NCBI GenBank assembly: GCA_002269645.1
Contig: NIVC01001948.1
Span: 222,856-286,855, forward strand
Direction: 5' to 3'
DNA from: Macrostomum lignano
Lineage: Eukaryota
DNA: 64,000 bases
Positions 1 to 29,198 of this stretch are shown in pieces. Both the position numbers and the translations under genes were made by a program. Below the pieces are notes generated by a model. The model was not told the DNA's origin, searched no databases, and saw only the letters and a list, made by a program, of their open reading frames with translations. Positions within the stretch are counted from its first letter, which is position 1. Each line of letters opens with the position of its first letter.

Positions 1-410
1 GAGGATATCAGAGGGCGATTCTTGAGGATATCAGAGGCGATTCTTGAGGATATCAGAGGGCGATTCTTGAGGATACAGAGGCGATTCTTAGGATATCAGA
101 GGGCGATTCTTGAGGATATCAGAGGCGATTCTGAGGATATAGAGGGCGATTCTTGAGGATATCAGAGGGCGATTCTTGAGGATATCAGAGGGCGATTCTT
201 GAGGATATCAGAGGGCGATTCTTGAGGATACAGAGGGCGTTCTTGAGATATCAGAGGGCGATTTGAGGATATCAGAGGGCGATTCTTGAGGATATCAGAG
301 GGCGATTCTTGAGGGATGTCAGAGGCGATTCTTGAGGATTGAGAGGGGATTATTGAGGATATCAGGGGCGATTCTTGAGGATATTGAAGGGCGATTTTTA
401 AGATTTGAAG
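1..410 (+). repeat. 23-bp minisatellite (GAGGATATCAGAGGGCGATTCTT) in Brr2 intron 10
   Basis: Tandem units with sporadic single-base losses; degenerates toward about 410. Confidence 0.92.
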
Positions 411-461
411 GGGTTCTGAAGAAGGACATCACAGGGTAGAGGGCAACTCTCATTTAGTTAC

Positions 462-15995
<15,534 letters not shown>

Positions 15996-16099
15996 GACTG
16001 CTCAAGTAGTGTAGGAACTGGTGTTTGAATTCTCTGCTTTCACTTGTTATAGTGGTTTTTGCTTGATTATTGCATGCATCAGTTAGTGTGGGGTGATTT

Positions 16100-16960
16100 T
16101 AATTAGCTTGGGATGATTAATAAATAGTGCGGGATGATTATCAATAGTTTGGGATGAGTATTAGTTTGGGATGATTATCAGTAGTTTAGGATAATTATCA
16201 ATAGTTTAGGATGATTATCAGTAGTTTGGGATGATTATCAATAGTTTGGGATGAGTATTAGTTTGGGATGATTATCAGTAGTTTAGGATAATTATCAATA
16301 GTTTAGGATGATTATCAGTAGTTTGGGATGATTATCAATAGTTTAGGATGATTATCAGTAGTTTGGGATGATTATCAATAGTTTAGGATGATTATCATTA
16401 GTTTAGGATGATTATCAATAGTTTGGGATGAGTATTAGTGTGGGATGATTATCAGTAGTTTAGGATGATTATCATTAGTTTTGGATGATTATCAGTAGTT
16501 TGGGATGATTATCAATAGTTTAGGATGATTATCATTAGTTTAGGATGATTATCAGTAGTTTGGGATGATTATCAATAGTTTAGGATGATTATCAGTAGTT
16601 TGGGATGATTATCAATAGTTTAGGATGATTATCAGTAGTTTGGGATGATTATCAATAGTCTGGGATGATTATCAATAGTTTAGGATGATTATCCATAGTT
16701 TGGGATGATTATCAATAGTGTGGGATGATTATCAATAGTTTAGGATGATTATCAGTAGTTTGGGATGATTATCAATAGTTTAGGATGATTATCAGTAGTT
16801 TGGGATGATTATCAATAGTTTGGGATGATTATCAATAGTGTGGGATGATTATCAGTAGTTTGGGATGATTATCAATAGTTTGGGATGATTATCAATAGTT
16901 TGGGATGATTATCAATAGTGTGGGATGATTATCAATAGTGTGGGATGATTATCAATAGTT
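16100..16960 (+). repeat. 20-bp minisatellite (TTTGGGATGATTATCAATAG) upstream of the Brr2 start codon
   Basis: About 40 units with alternating GG/AG and CAA/CAG variants. Confidence 0.94.
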
Positions 16961-17475
16961 CGGCATGATGGGTAGCATAGTAGCCTATATCTACCAGTGG
17001 GCATTGGACATATACACAAATAATTTTTAAATTAGCAAAGCCAAACAAATGAAACATATTTTCGCCACAAGTTTTATTAATGCAGAACAGATGCAAAGGC
17101 AAAGGTAGAAGAAGAGAACAGAGAAACTCAGCCTAGCAACATATATAGCTAAGTGGCAAAAGCAGACAAACAACAGACAAATTGCTTTTAGTAGCATAAG
17201 ATATAACAAAGCAGTTAAATATCTACTAGAATAATTCGTAGCTACAATCAGGAGAAAAACGATATCATAAAGAACAACCGCGCGAGAGCACTGTGTTTAA
17301 CAAAACAAAAACATCATCATCAATGTAAGAACGTTGTGCGCGACAGAGTTAACAATGAAAATTTACCAGCATCATTTTTTGGCACACAAAGTTGTTTTTT
17401 TTTTAAAACGGCGTGAAAAATCTGGGAGCAAACAAAGGAATACGCCACAGCCGTGTGAGTTTTTGCTCAGCTTAC

Positions 17476-17520
17476 ATGATAGCTTTGCTTGTAGTGAACA
17501 GCCAGTTCGGCTAAATATGT
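17476..17520 (-). other. Candidate 45-nt non-coding 5' exon of Brr2
   Basis: Minus strand: CTAACTAAC branch-like motif, TTTCAAG acceptor (17521), 45 nt, GTAAGC donor (17475). It could pair with the CAG acceptor at 15998, 2 nt before the ATG. No transcript evidence. Confidence 0.4.
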
Positions 17521-17549
17521 CTTGAAATTTAATTCGTTAGTTAGATAAT

Positions 17550-18780
17550 GGGGAATTACAAATCGCTAATAGAGATTAAAAGGGAATTACAAATCGCTAA
17601 TAGAGATAAAAGGGAATTACAAATCGCTAATAGAGATAAAAGGGAATTACAAATCGCTAATAGAGATAAAAGGGAATTACAAATCGCTAATAGAGATAAA
17701 AGGGAATTACAAATCGCTAATAGAGATAAAAGGGAATTACAAATCGCTAATAGAGATAAAAGGGAATTACAAATCGCTAATAGAGATAAAAGGGAATTAC
17801 AAATCGCTAATAGAGATAAAAGGGAATTACAAATCGCTAATAGAGATAAAAGGGAATTACAAATCGCTAATAGAGATAAAAGGGAATTACAAATCGCTAA
17901 TAGAGATAAAAGGGAATTACAAATCGCTAATAGAGATAAAAGGGAATTACAAATCGCTAATAGAGATAAAAGGGAATTACAAATCGCTAATAGAGATAAA
18001 AGGGAATTACAAATCGCTAATAGAGATAAAAGGGAATTACAAATCGCTAATAGAGATAAAAGGGAATTACAAATCGCTAATAGAGATAAAAGGGAATTAC
18101 AAATCGCTAATAGAGATAAAAGGGAATTACAAATCGCTAATAGAGATAAAAGGGAATTACAAATCGCTAATAGAGATAAAAGGGAATTACAAATCGCTAA
18201 TAGAGATAAAGGGGGATTACAAATCGCTAATAGAGATTAAAAGGGAATTACAAATCGCTAATAGAGATAAAAGGGAATTACAAATCGCTAATAGAGATTA
18301 AAAGGGAATTACAAATCGCTAATAGAGATAAAAGGGGATTACAAATCGCTAATAGAGATAAAAGGGAATTACAAATCGCTAATAGAGATAAAGGGGGATT
18401 ACAAATCGCTAATAGAGATAAAAGGGAATTACAAATCGCTAATAGAGATAAAGGGGGGATTACAAATCGCTAATAGAGATAAAAGGGGGATTACAAATCG
18501 ATAATAGAGATAGGGGGAATGACAAATGGCTAAAAGGCTGGATAAAGGGAAATTACAAGTCGTTATTAGAATAAAGGGGGTAACAAATCTCTAATAGGGA
18601 TAAAGGGGAATCACAGAATCACTCATTAAGATAACGGAGAATTATATATCGCTAATAGAATAAATGAAATTACCTATAGCTATTAAGATAAAGGGGAATT
18701 ACAAAATCGCTCATAAAGATGAAGGGGAATAAAAAATGGTCATAGAATTAAAGGAGAATTACAAATCGTTACCCGTTGAT
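17550..18780 (+). repeat. 30-bp minisatellite (AGGGAATTACAAATCGCTAATAGAGATAAA) between DNAJB11 and Brr2
   Basis: About 21 identical units at 17581-18210, then progressive decay to about 18780. Confidence 0.96.
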
Positions 18781-19080
18781 CTGATTAACAAATACAAGGG
18801 AAATTAAGGGCAATAGGGTAGATAATTCTACACTCAAAGTACAATAACAAGAAAAGAATTAGATAAAATTGAATCACACAGAAAAAGACAAATAAGCAAT
18901 GTGACTATATGAATCGGTAGTCTGATTAAATCCTGTGCTTAGATTGCAAGGTAAGGTAGGCGATAGGCATTCAATAAATAGGACATGACGCAAACACATG
19001 CATGCAGAGCAGATTACTAATTAACATGTAAGAGAATTTGTAAAGATAACACAATTAGATTACACAGACGCATGCATTAT

Positions 19081-22000
19081 TCAAAGTCCATTGTAGACAC
19101 GCTGAGCGGAGTCCTGCTTCAGCAGACGTTTGACAGCCTCTTTATCCTCGGGTGGCAGGGTTAGGCCCTTGGGAAATTCCACATCGAATGTGATAAACAG
19201 GGAGCCTTTGACATTGTTATTCTCATAATTTGGCATGCCTTCGTTGGCTTTGCGAAGCATCGCGCCAGGCCAAGTGACTTTCTCGCGTGTGACGCGGACC
19301 TTGTGCCCGTCCAGATGTTCGATGTCCATGGAGAAACCATTCAGAGCGTCTACTAGGGTGATGCTCAGGTTGGTGTACAGGTCGTCGCCGCGGCGTTGGA
19401 ATCGGGGATGCTTCAGCTGATGGATGCGAAAGCGGAGGTCGCCCGGCTCGCCGTCGATGTGGGGCTCGCCTTCGGCCACGAACGGGTAGATCTGGGGGTG
19501 GAGGGTGCGGGATTGGCGCTTGTGTGTGTTGCGGCTTTGACATCATTGCCTGAAATAGTGGGCTATTGCCTAAAATAAAAAACCATTTTTAGTATATGGA
19601 CTAGCCATTTAGCCCCCCACGGTGATTATCCAAGAATATAGGGTGATTATCTATAAGTATAAAGTGATTATCCAGGAGTATATGCCCATTGTTTTGAGAA
19701 GTACAGTGGATTCTATTAAAAATTTTGGCGAACTCTCTTATAATATTAATTTATTAAGTTGGACATTGGGCGATTTTTAACATAGCTGATAAGTAAAGAG
19801 CGATTATTTCGACAATTTACAAGCTTAGGCAAGATTCCATTTATCGAAAGAAGACAAACCTGTCCATCTCTCATTCCAGGCTCAATCTCCAACTCCAGCA
19901 GCTTCTCCTCCGGAACTAAGGTGACATTTTCGCACTCGTCGCAGACTTCCTCCTGGGTCATCTGGAACCGGCCCGGCCCCAGTGACCTCGTTCGCATCTC
20001 GTGCCGACAGTTGCAGCGACGCTTGCCCGGGGCCTTCTTCTTCACCGGCTTGTTGCGGACAATCTCCACGAAGTTGCCATTGTACAGCTCCTCCAAGGTC
20101 ACGTCGAGGTCGACCACAACGTCGCCGCCTCGGGGAATCTCTCGCTCCTGGTTGCCGCCGCCAGTGTGGAATTGAAACATGTCGCCGAAGAACGACGAGA
20201 ACGGGTCGCTGCCGCCCCGCCCAACGCCGTCCTTCAAGCCTTCCTCGCCGTGGGCGTCGTAGATTTTGCGCTTCTCCGGGTCCGACAGCACCTGGGGAAT
20301 TACAAATTGGATTAATAGGGAATTACAAATTTGGTTAAATGGGGAATTACAAATTAGTTTAAATGGGGAATTACAATTCCGATAAAAGGGGCATTAGAAA
20401 TTGGATAAATAAGGATTCAAATAATTGAATAATTGGGGAATTACAAATTGGACAAATTGGACATATTGTATTATGGGAATTATAAAGTAGACAAAAAAGG
20501 AATTACCAATTTAATAAAAGGAATTAAAAATTGGATAAACAGGGAATGAAAAGTTGGTAAAAGGATAATTATAAATGGTATTAAAGAAAAATACAAAATG
20601 GATGAAATTGAAATTACAAAGTGGTAATTTAAAACTGAAATTCAAAAGCTAATTCAAAACAGTAGTTCACCATTTCCAGAAAAACACAACTCATTACCTC
20701 ATAAGCAGCATTCAGATCGCGGAACCTCTCCTCAGCTTTGGGATCGTCCCGATTGCGATCCGGGTGCAGCTGTTTAGCCAGGCCTCGGTAGGCCTTCTTC
20801 ACCTGGTTAACAGTGGCCGCCCGTTGCACCCCAAGGATCTTGTAGAAGTCGCGACTGTTAAGGGGTGAAGTTTAATGCAAGTTAAACTTTTTTGCTTTGG
20901 GGTTTTTCAAGTATCAGAATTACAGGGGGATAAATAGTGACCAGTAGAACTCTTGTCTAAACAGATTGTCAATTGACTTCTCAACCAATTACACAAAGCC
21001 AGCTACCATGCTCTCTAGTTTAATGGCATTCATTTCAAGGGCCAATAGAATGTTTTCATGAATCTAACTCCTTGAGCTGCTGGCTTTATTATTCTTGGAT
21101 CATGGATCAAAGTGACATTTACCAAACTAGACTGCTTCATATTGAGTATCTGAGTAACATAGTCAATTTGACAAAGGACCAAATAGCCAGAAGGATGGAG
21201 CATAACATTCTATGCTTTTTAATGCAATACTGGTCAAATAAGCTTGCTCATATTTAGCCAAATATATTTCTATTTTAGATATTTTAACTTAATATAAAAT
21301 TAAAATCCTAATACATCAAATAAGTATAAATATAAAACTTGCCTTGATTAGTTAATTTATTATATCCAGATTTCAAAATACTTGAGAAAATATATAACCA
21401 AGTTGCCTTGCTAAACAATTTAGTCCTAATAATTATGTATTATGAGTTTTATGATAAAACAAACTTTATAATTTAGGTTAGTGACAATTTTATTTGACAA
21501 GCAATGGGGCAGGACTGTTAGCTAAATAGTAGAAAGCTTATTTGACTGGTGCCAGCTAAAGAAGCACTGCCAATGCATTAACCTTGCTTTATTTATAATG
21601 AATCTAATTTGACAATAGATCAAATTGTCAACTAGTATTTTGTTAATTGGGGAGCCATTGCCCTTAGGTCACTTCATTAACTGGCCAATCAATAGACTTC
21701 TAAATGTGGTCACTTTGTCAATTACCATTTGTGACACTTTAAATTGGTAGTTACTTTGTCAATTGTGTTTGGGGCATAACTAAGGAAAGGACACTAGGAA
21801 CATGTCCAAGAGGTGGACTTTTTACTGCCTTTGCATCTTTGCTTCTATTGCTAACACTGAATAGATTGATGTCTCTGTCCCCCTAATATAAATCCTAGCT
21901 ATATATTTGACTATGCATTATATACATATACTAGGATAGAATTTATCCCAAAAACAAAAATCCAATTCTGTATAGAGAGTAAATAAAATAAATGCATATG

Positions 22001-24232
22001 TAGAACTTCATTTTTCTTTGGCCTTAAATATGTTTGAATTTTCTAAATTATTTAAATTTAAATTTAAACTTTAAATTCAAAATTGAATTCCAACAAAATA
22101 AAAAGGATACTTTAAAAGGAATAATGAATAATGATAAATAATTAGCCAATTAATAACTGAATTAGTGATGGATCCGAATATTTGGATTCAGATTCCGAAT
22201 CCGAAAAAAAGTCTCACTTTTTTAGAAATCCAAATGTTTCGGATTCGGAAATTTTATTTTCCGAATATCCGAATATGCTTCTGAATATGAAAAAAGCAAA
22301 CAACCAAAAACAAAATTATGCTAACGTAAAAGAAATACAACTTTCTAAAAGAAAGTCAGTTAAAAAACGATCAACGCAAAATTTAACGTAATATTGCTCG
22401 TTTTTACAATTGTCTGTTTTGCAATAACGTATATTATTAAAAAGTGTTAATAAGTAAAGTCACTTTACATTGGAACCTTTGAGGCATTCAACCTAAAGTT
22501 GCAGAAACATTTAATCGCAGTAATCATTGTTTAAGTGTAATCATCACTTTTTTTCAAAATGCAAATTAATGTGCATGGACTTTACGTGCACACAGTAAAG
22601 TTATCAAATTGCACAAACGTTATGTCAGTTAGTATTAGTATTTGGAATTAGTTAGATTAGATATATAAGAATTGAGTTCAATTCTAAGTTTAATTCAATT
22701 CAAATACTAGATAGAAATAGTATAAGCCCGAGATTAGATTGAATCTTGTCAGTAAATTAATGTACAGCGCTAATACGATTATTAATTAGATGATGAGGCA
22801 TTTTTTGTCATTTAAAGGTGTCATAGTTACTCCCGCCATGTACCTTTTACTTTTTTCTACATTTGGAAACACATTTGGATATTCGGATTTGGATTCGGAA
22901 TTTTTTTGTACATTTGGATTCGGTTTCGGAAACTTGCAAAAATCTACATTCGGTCCATCACTAAATTGAATAAAATCATGACTAAAGACCTTTATACAGA
23001 GCTCAATTTTCCAAACACATTTGGTACCAAAGTAATTACCATACTCCAGATCATGTAGTATATGCTCGAAAATTTGGGTATGCATTGGCCTTGCATGCCA
23101 AAAGTAGGCATGCACAATTGGTGTGCATCAATCCTAAATAATAGTATGCCTGCATACCTGGCATATATTTCATAGAATCATGCGAGTTATTGTGAAATAG
23201 AAAAAAAGATAAAAATAGGTTCAGTTTAAGCGTAAAGTTCAAGCATTCTAGGTTTTTAAGCTTGTAATAAAGCATTTAAACAAATATTTGCATGTATTAA
23301 TTTTCTACTATAAACAGTATCATTGAAAAAGCAGAAAAATAAACCTAATTATTTTCTAAACAAGGTTCATAACGCAATTTAAATAAGGTCACTTATTTAT
23401 AATTATTGTCACAATGTAAAAAGGTCATTTATTGTCACGACATAAAAAAGGTCATTAATTGTTGCAACACTGTCATAGTTTTGAGAAATGGGCATACACT
23501 CAATTTTTGGTATGCATTTGTATTTATTTTTTGGGGTGTGTATGTGCACCCAGTATGATCCAGACTATAGAGTAATTATAGTAGGCTTTAATTAAAAACT
23601 TTGTCAATTGCTAGGCCCCTACTAATTTAGCCAAATATTTAGTTCATCAACTGCAAATATTGCTACCCTTATATCAAATAATCACTTTGTCAACTATTTG
23701 AGGCTAGCATCCTAATATGCTTGTACAATATGCAAATTTTTAAATGAAATCATATAACTTTTTTGTAATTGCTAAAAACCTACACATTTAATTATAAACC
23801 CTTTAAGTTATATAGGTTTACTAGAGATATGCTCAAAAGTGTGCAAGTTTTTGTCAATACACCAGGAATGCATCTAGGATTTTGTGCAAAATTATATCCT
23901 AGGCCCTAAGTCCTAACCCTTAAATCTAAGCCAAATCTAAGGCATTAATTAAGCAAGTGGCTATCAATAAAATATCTTGTCACAAAAATGACTGTAATCC
24001 AAAACTTAAGCAAGACATTTAGACAAATTGCCTATAGAAGTATAGGGCCAGATCTTTAGTAGGGGGCCTACCGCCTAGGCCCTCCTGTCCTGAGGCCTCC
24101 TTCCATATGGCATACATGTGATACATTTAGAAAGTAAAAAAGAAAAAAATGCTAAACATCTTACCCAGCAAAGCCATAATCAGCTAGAAGTACAAGAACA
24201 ATAATGACAATAATATTAATATTCACGCGCAT
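19081..24232 (-). CDS. DNAJB11: DnaJ/Hsp40 subfamily B member 11 (ERdj3), 355 aa, 4 coding exons
   Basis: Exons: 24232-24165 ([23 protein letters not shown] signal peptide, GG|GTAAG), 20854-20698 ([12 protein letters not shown]-domain), 20291-19860 ([31 protein letters not shown]), 19491-19081 ([19 protein letters not shown]). Total 1068 nt, phases consistent. Confidence 0.95.
20295..20620 (+). repeat. Degenerate GGGGAATTACAAATT repeat in the DNAJB11 intron between coding exons 2 and 3
   Basis: About 15 loosely spaced copies of the same core as the 17.5-18.8 kb array. Confidence 0.7.
22163..22963. mobile_element. Non-autonomous hAT-type DNA transposon (801 bp) in the first coding intron of DNAJB11
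   Basis: TIRs TAGTGATGGATCCGAAT / ATTCGGTCCATCACTA; 8-bp TSD AACTGAAT / AATTGAAT (7/8); subterminal CCGAAT / ATTCGG repeats at both ends. Confidence 0.85.
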
Positions 24233-24560
24233 TGTTTTGTAAACTGAAGGTATAGAGTCTAGATTTTACTTTGTTTATGAGCTACAGAGCTGGGTCTAGC
24301 CAATCGAAGTCTAAATGAATTCGCTATAGATTTAACCTATTGTCATTGATATTTTATATTAATAAATTATAATTTTAGTGACTTTTTTCTAATTCTTATC
24401 CTAAACTATTTGTTATTAGCTTTAACAACGGCTATTGACTAAGACATCAACTACCACTTCGTGACGTGTCAATTCAGCTCGTTAACTTCGCAGTGAAAAT
24501 TGACTATTATCTGAAAATAGCATTTAAACTACCGCGAAGTGCGCCAGATCAAGATAAGTA

Positions 24561-27321
24561 GGGTCTGTATAAAAGCAGGGCACCATTGGCACATTGGACA
24601 CCCCTTATGTTAACAAAAATCGAGTTTTGATCGTTGTTTTGCTTGAATAAATATACTTTGGCTTTCGAATAAAAATGTAAATATTTATTTATAATTGCAC
24701 TTTTTCATATACTTCTAACAACCATGAGATTGGTAGTATCAACAAGTTTTATTCTACATTTAAATTCATTTCTTATCTTGCTTTATTGTCGAACTACTTT
24801 CGGTACGTCATTTTCATTTACCTAGTTGGTGCACTTACAGAAAACATAGAAACATTAAATGCCGTTTCTTGTCCTCAATAAACGTTGGAAAAAGTGAGCA
24901 GCAGACTAGTTGCAGAATTTTATTGCCGGACATGGCATATTTGACTATTTGCAGCTGCTCTGGCTTGTTTACTGCCTTTCCATAAATCAACAGCAATGGT
25001 GAAAGTGAATCTAATCCTTCTCTCTCTCTCTCTCCCATAATGTTAATGTTTGATTTGCTGTTAATATGGATTTTTAAAATCCCCCGTGTCTTAAATAAAA
25101 AAACGAATAATTTTTTAAGTTGTGATTTCCATCAAAATGCAATTAATTAATGTTTTAAAAACATTTAAACTCAATAAATTATTTATTCTCTTATCAAATA
25201 GAATCCAACTCTAGAATCTTTTTCAAGGAAGGAATACTAACTATCCTTAATATTCAATATGCATGATAATAAAGCAGTGCATTACTTTTTCAATTTAGAG
25301 AATCTAACAAGGAAATAAATATAATTTAGTACAGTACCATTGTAAGCAAAAAACCATAAGTTTACAGGTACAATTTTTTGTAAAGATAGATACAGCGGAA
25401 AATTAAAATTTGACAAAAGAATACCACAAACACTAAAAATGGGGAGAAAAGGTATTACAAACATTGGCATTAATAAAAAAGTAATAAATATTGCAGCTGA
25501 GCAAATGAAATTAGCAATTAAACAATGCAATGAGTTAAATGATAAATAACAAAGAAATGCTAAATAACATCTAGCAATGTATATTAAAGCAATTGAAGTG
25601 CACTCTGAGTTGAAAGGCTTACAACTCATAAAGTACAGTTTAAATGCAATGTAACTTTTTATTTATTTGTAACTTTATAATAATAGAAATCATTACCATA
25701 AGCAATTGTATGAAAAGTTGCTATTAATAGTCTTATGTACTTTATCTCTACTCTAAGAGCTAACTTTCTATAAATATATATGATTCCTTGTATAAAATTA
25801 GGGATTCTTTAAAAAATTCATGCTGTAATATGCATATATCACACTCTTGACCCAAGAAAATTATTGAAAGTGGTCAACCAATTAGCACAAAAAAAATATA
25901 GACGGCTGTAATGGTGCAAGTGGTGTTTCGGCACACCACTTAAATTAAAGTTGAAATTTTTGGAGCAGTTACACTAAAGAAAATTATTATTTTATAAAAT
26001 TAAGAGAGGCTAATAAAATTAGTAGGGCTTGAATTGAATAATATGCTGTGAAGACTCAAACTTGTAAGCCAAGAAGGCTAGAATTAGGGTTAGCAATTAG
26101 GCAATTAGGCGAACTATAGACATTAAGGAATGTGTAGGTATTAAATAAATAAATCATGCAGGTGCTAATAGTAGCTTAAAACCTATCACTTGGTCCCTTA
26201 GAATGCCATAATTTTGGACATTAGAATTAAAATATAGTGTTTTACTGATTGGGAACTTGTTCTTATTGAAAAACTTCTTATAAATATAGAAATATTAATA
26301 TAAACAATACGAATAAATTTGCCTATTAAAACTTTGTGGCATTTGTAGGATTTTAGAAGAAGGAAGTATACCCTGCAACATACGTGCAGAATATTTATGT
26401 GCTAAAGGATTTAGGTCTGAAATAAATGACAATAAATGTTATGTGAAGATGGTTTATATGTTGTTTTTTCAAAGCGTCACATATAAACTTTCAGTAAAAA
26501 GACTTCTTGGTCTGTGAGGTAGATTTTTTACTTATATGCTTGCATTTTTTAACTCATAATTTAAATGATTAGCACAATTTCTTAAATATCATGACTTGGC
26601 AAATTATTCATAATAATGTTTTCTTAAAAGGATTGTATATAAAGAAGAGACTGTAATTTGAACTTTCACTGAGTAGCTATTCCTTTTTTTGTTGGTTGAA
26701 ATCATACAAAAAGTAATTGAACTAATAAAAGAAGAAGCTTGGAAATTATTAATTTAATCATCATCTTACAAAGTAAAAAAAACTTTTTGGGTGCAATTTT
26801 TTCATCAAATAATCTGCCAATGTATTAACTTTTTTAATATAGAAATACTTGCAATTTGGAATATCCAAAGTTCGTTCTTCATGAAGTAATCCTAACAAAA
26901 TAAGTTGTGGTTTTTTGATAAGAGCAGAATGCTTCATCATTTTATGGAAAATTGAGTTCTGACTATTAGTTTGATCATTTCATATATCAGGCATATTTAG
27001 CATTAAATCGGTACGCCTGTAGTACAGAACCTTCGGGGTAGTAAAATCACAGTGTAATAGCATTGCAAGCTGCAGTTTTTGCATGTGCGATTATTTTAAA
27101 AAATCGAATGCCAAATTAAACATGTACAAAAAACGATAATACAAAGAATATTTAACAAATGATCTATCACGAAAGCAAGGATGTCATTTCTATTATTATC
27201 AATTTTTTAAATTATTTAAAAGTATCTCCGCAAGTTTATTCTGCATTTTCATATCTAATTTTGTTATAAAAAGGGGTGTCCAATGTGTCCAATGTGCCAG
27301 TGCCAGCTTTTATACACACCC
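24561..27321. mobile_element. MULE/Mutator-like non-autonomous DNA transposon (2.76 kb)
   Basis: ~60-bp imperfect TIRs (GGGTCTGTATAAAAGCAGGGCACC..ACATTGGACACCCCT / AGGGGTGTCCAATGT..GCTTTTATACACACCC) and an exact 10-bp flanking duplication AAGATAAGTA (24551-24560, 27322-27331). No transposase recognised inside. Confidence 0.82.
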
Positions 27322-28460
27322 AAGATAAGTACAACAAATATAAACACCTTAGTCTTTAAACTAAATAACTGACTAAGCTTTAAAAAAATTTACGGACACA
27401 CGAAAGAAAACTAATAGATTTGATGGATTTTTATGACAATAGGTAATGGCGCCGTTTTAATTAACACGATAAACGCCGCGGCATGAGGTTCAGTCAACGT
27501 TTCGTTTCAACTCTCGACAATGCCCTTGTAAAAGTTTAGGCTCATTTGTGAATTAAATTTTGCCTACCAATGTTTAAAATGTACAACGGATGAATCAGAT
27601 TTTTTAAACGCTGCCTAAGGGCGATTTGTACTCTTTTTATTATGTTTCAAATACATTCGCAACTTTTGAAAATGTGAACAAATTAGCATGCATGTAGATG
27701 CTCTAAAATTTAAGTTTAGCTGATGATTTTATTTAGCTTTTCAAATAATTTTTTTCATTAAATGCACTTTCTTTTTTAATATAGAATCATAAATATATAA
27801 TAGATAACTATTAACGGACGAGTTAATACTAAATATTTTTGTATTTTTATTTTACGTTATTTATTAAAAGTTAAAAGTTAAAAAGCACTTCTAGTGATCC
27901 TTGGTAAATATGTCCATAAAATAACTATGCAAAATGCTTGAATCGGCAAATTAACAATTTTACTAATTTACAATTAACAGAATTTTAAGTTCATTGTTGG
28001 TATAATAATGGTGCCCATTGTACAAATATTTTCTTTGAAGACGTCCATCGTTCGTACTTTAAGAATTTTGGAATTGTTATGCATATAACAGCTAGTTTTA
28101 AAATTTGCCTACAATTGTTTTACCACTGTCAGCTCGTAATGTAAGCAAAAACACGTCCACACAAAATATTTTCCAGTAATATTTTTATGATAAAGAGAAG
28201 CTAGGGTGCATCAAAGTACATGTATTAAAATTTAAGTAAGTTTTAAATGAGCTATATTACAGTGCTAGTTTTCATTTTTTCGTCTCTTCTTTTCTGGTGT
28301 ACTTTATAGCGAATACTCGTATGAAGCGAAAAATTTGTAGATATAGTTACCGATTATATATGATAATTAAACCCAACATACTCTTACCTGGAATTGACTT
28401 GGAGAAGAAATAGATTAGCTACTAAAAACTAACAGAAAACGAAAAATTTCTTCTCAGGCG

Positions 28461-29198
28461 ATGCGATTCGAAGGCAAGAGATTCCTCATCACTGGCTGCA
28501 ACCGGGGCATCGGCCGCGATCTCGCCATTTCGTTGGCCAAGCAAGGCGCCGAAGTGGTCGCCTTGTGCCGTTCCGGCCTGTCCGATCTACCGGCGGCTTG
28601 CCCCGACCCGGAAGCCCGAGCTCGCCTGCGCCCCGTGCAGTGCGACCTGAACGATTGGTCGGCCACGCGAAGCCTCGTCCTGAGCCTTGGTCGATTCGAT
28701 GGTGTTGTTAACAATGCAGGCGTTTCCAAAAATGAGGCAGTCGGTTCCATCACTGAGGAAAATTTGCAAAACTTGTTTCGCGTCAATCTATTCGCCGCGA
28801 TCAATGTCGGCCAGACGGCCGCCGAGTCGATGCAGAGCGGCGCCAGCATAGTGAACATCTCATCGCAGGCCAGCTTCATGGCGCTGCCAGGCCATACGGC
28901 CTACGCGGCTTCGAAAGCGGCGCTGGACTCGGTAACTCGCAGTTTTGCTTCCGAGCTGGGCAAACGCGGCATTCGATGCAACTCTGTCAACCCTGGCGTG
29001 GTAATGACGGACATGAGCCGGGCTTATTGGTCAAATCCGCAGGTTGGCGAGCCCATGCTCGCCAGGGCGCCGCTTGGCCGATTTGCCGAGGTACCCGAAG
29101 TTGTTTCCGTTGTTGAATTCCTACTGAGCGACGAAGCCAGCATGGTTAATGGCGTGGTGCTACCAGTAGAGGGCGGAGTTTCTGTTAACCAGCTCTGA
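28461..29198 (+). CDS. DCXR: Short-chain dehydrogenase/reductase, L-xylulose reductase (DCXR)-like, 245 aa, single coding exon
   Basis: TGCNRGIG, NNAG and YAASK motifs; DCXR-like DLNDWSAT, VNPGVVMTDM..WSNP and PLGRFAEV. Orthology is inferred from recalled motifs. Confidence 0.85.
   Translation: MRFEGKRFLITGCNRGIGRDLAISLAKQGAEVVALCRSGLSDLPAACPDPEARARLRPVQCDLNDWSATRSLVLSLGRFDGVVNNAGVSKNEAVGSITEENLQNLFRVNLFAAINVGQTAAESMQSGASIVNISSQASFMALPGHTAYAASKAALDSVTRSFASELGKRGIRCNSVNPGVVMTDMSRAYWSNPQVGEPMLARAPLGRFAEVPEVVSVVEFLLSDEASMVNGVVLPVEGGVSVNQL

Noticed and set aside
17550-18500. CRISPR-like appearance of regular 20-42 bp repeats
   Set aside because: Units are head-to-tail with no unique spacers, there are no cas genes, and the context is eukaryotic.
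24620-27260. Transposase or captured gene inside the MULE-like element (ORFs 24835-25038, 25282-25629)
   Set aside because: AT-rich short ORFs with no recognisable DDE or host-protein motif.
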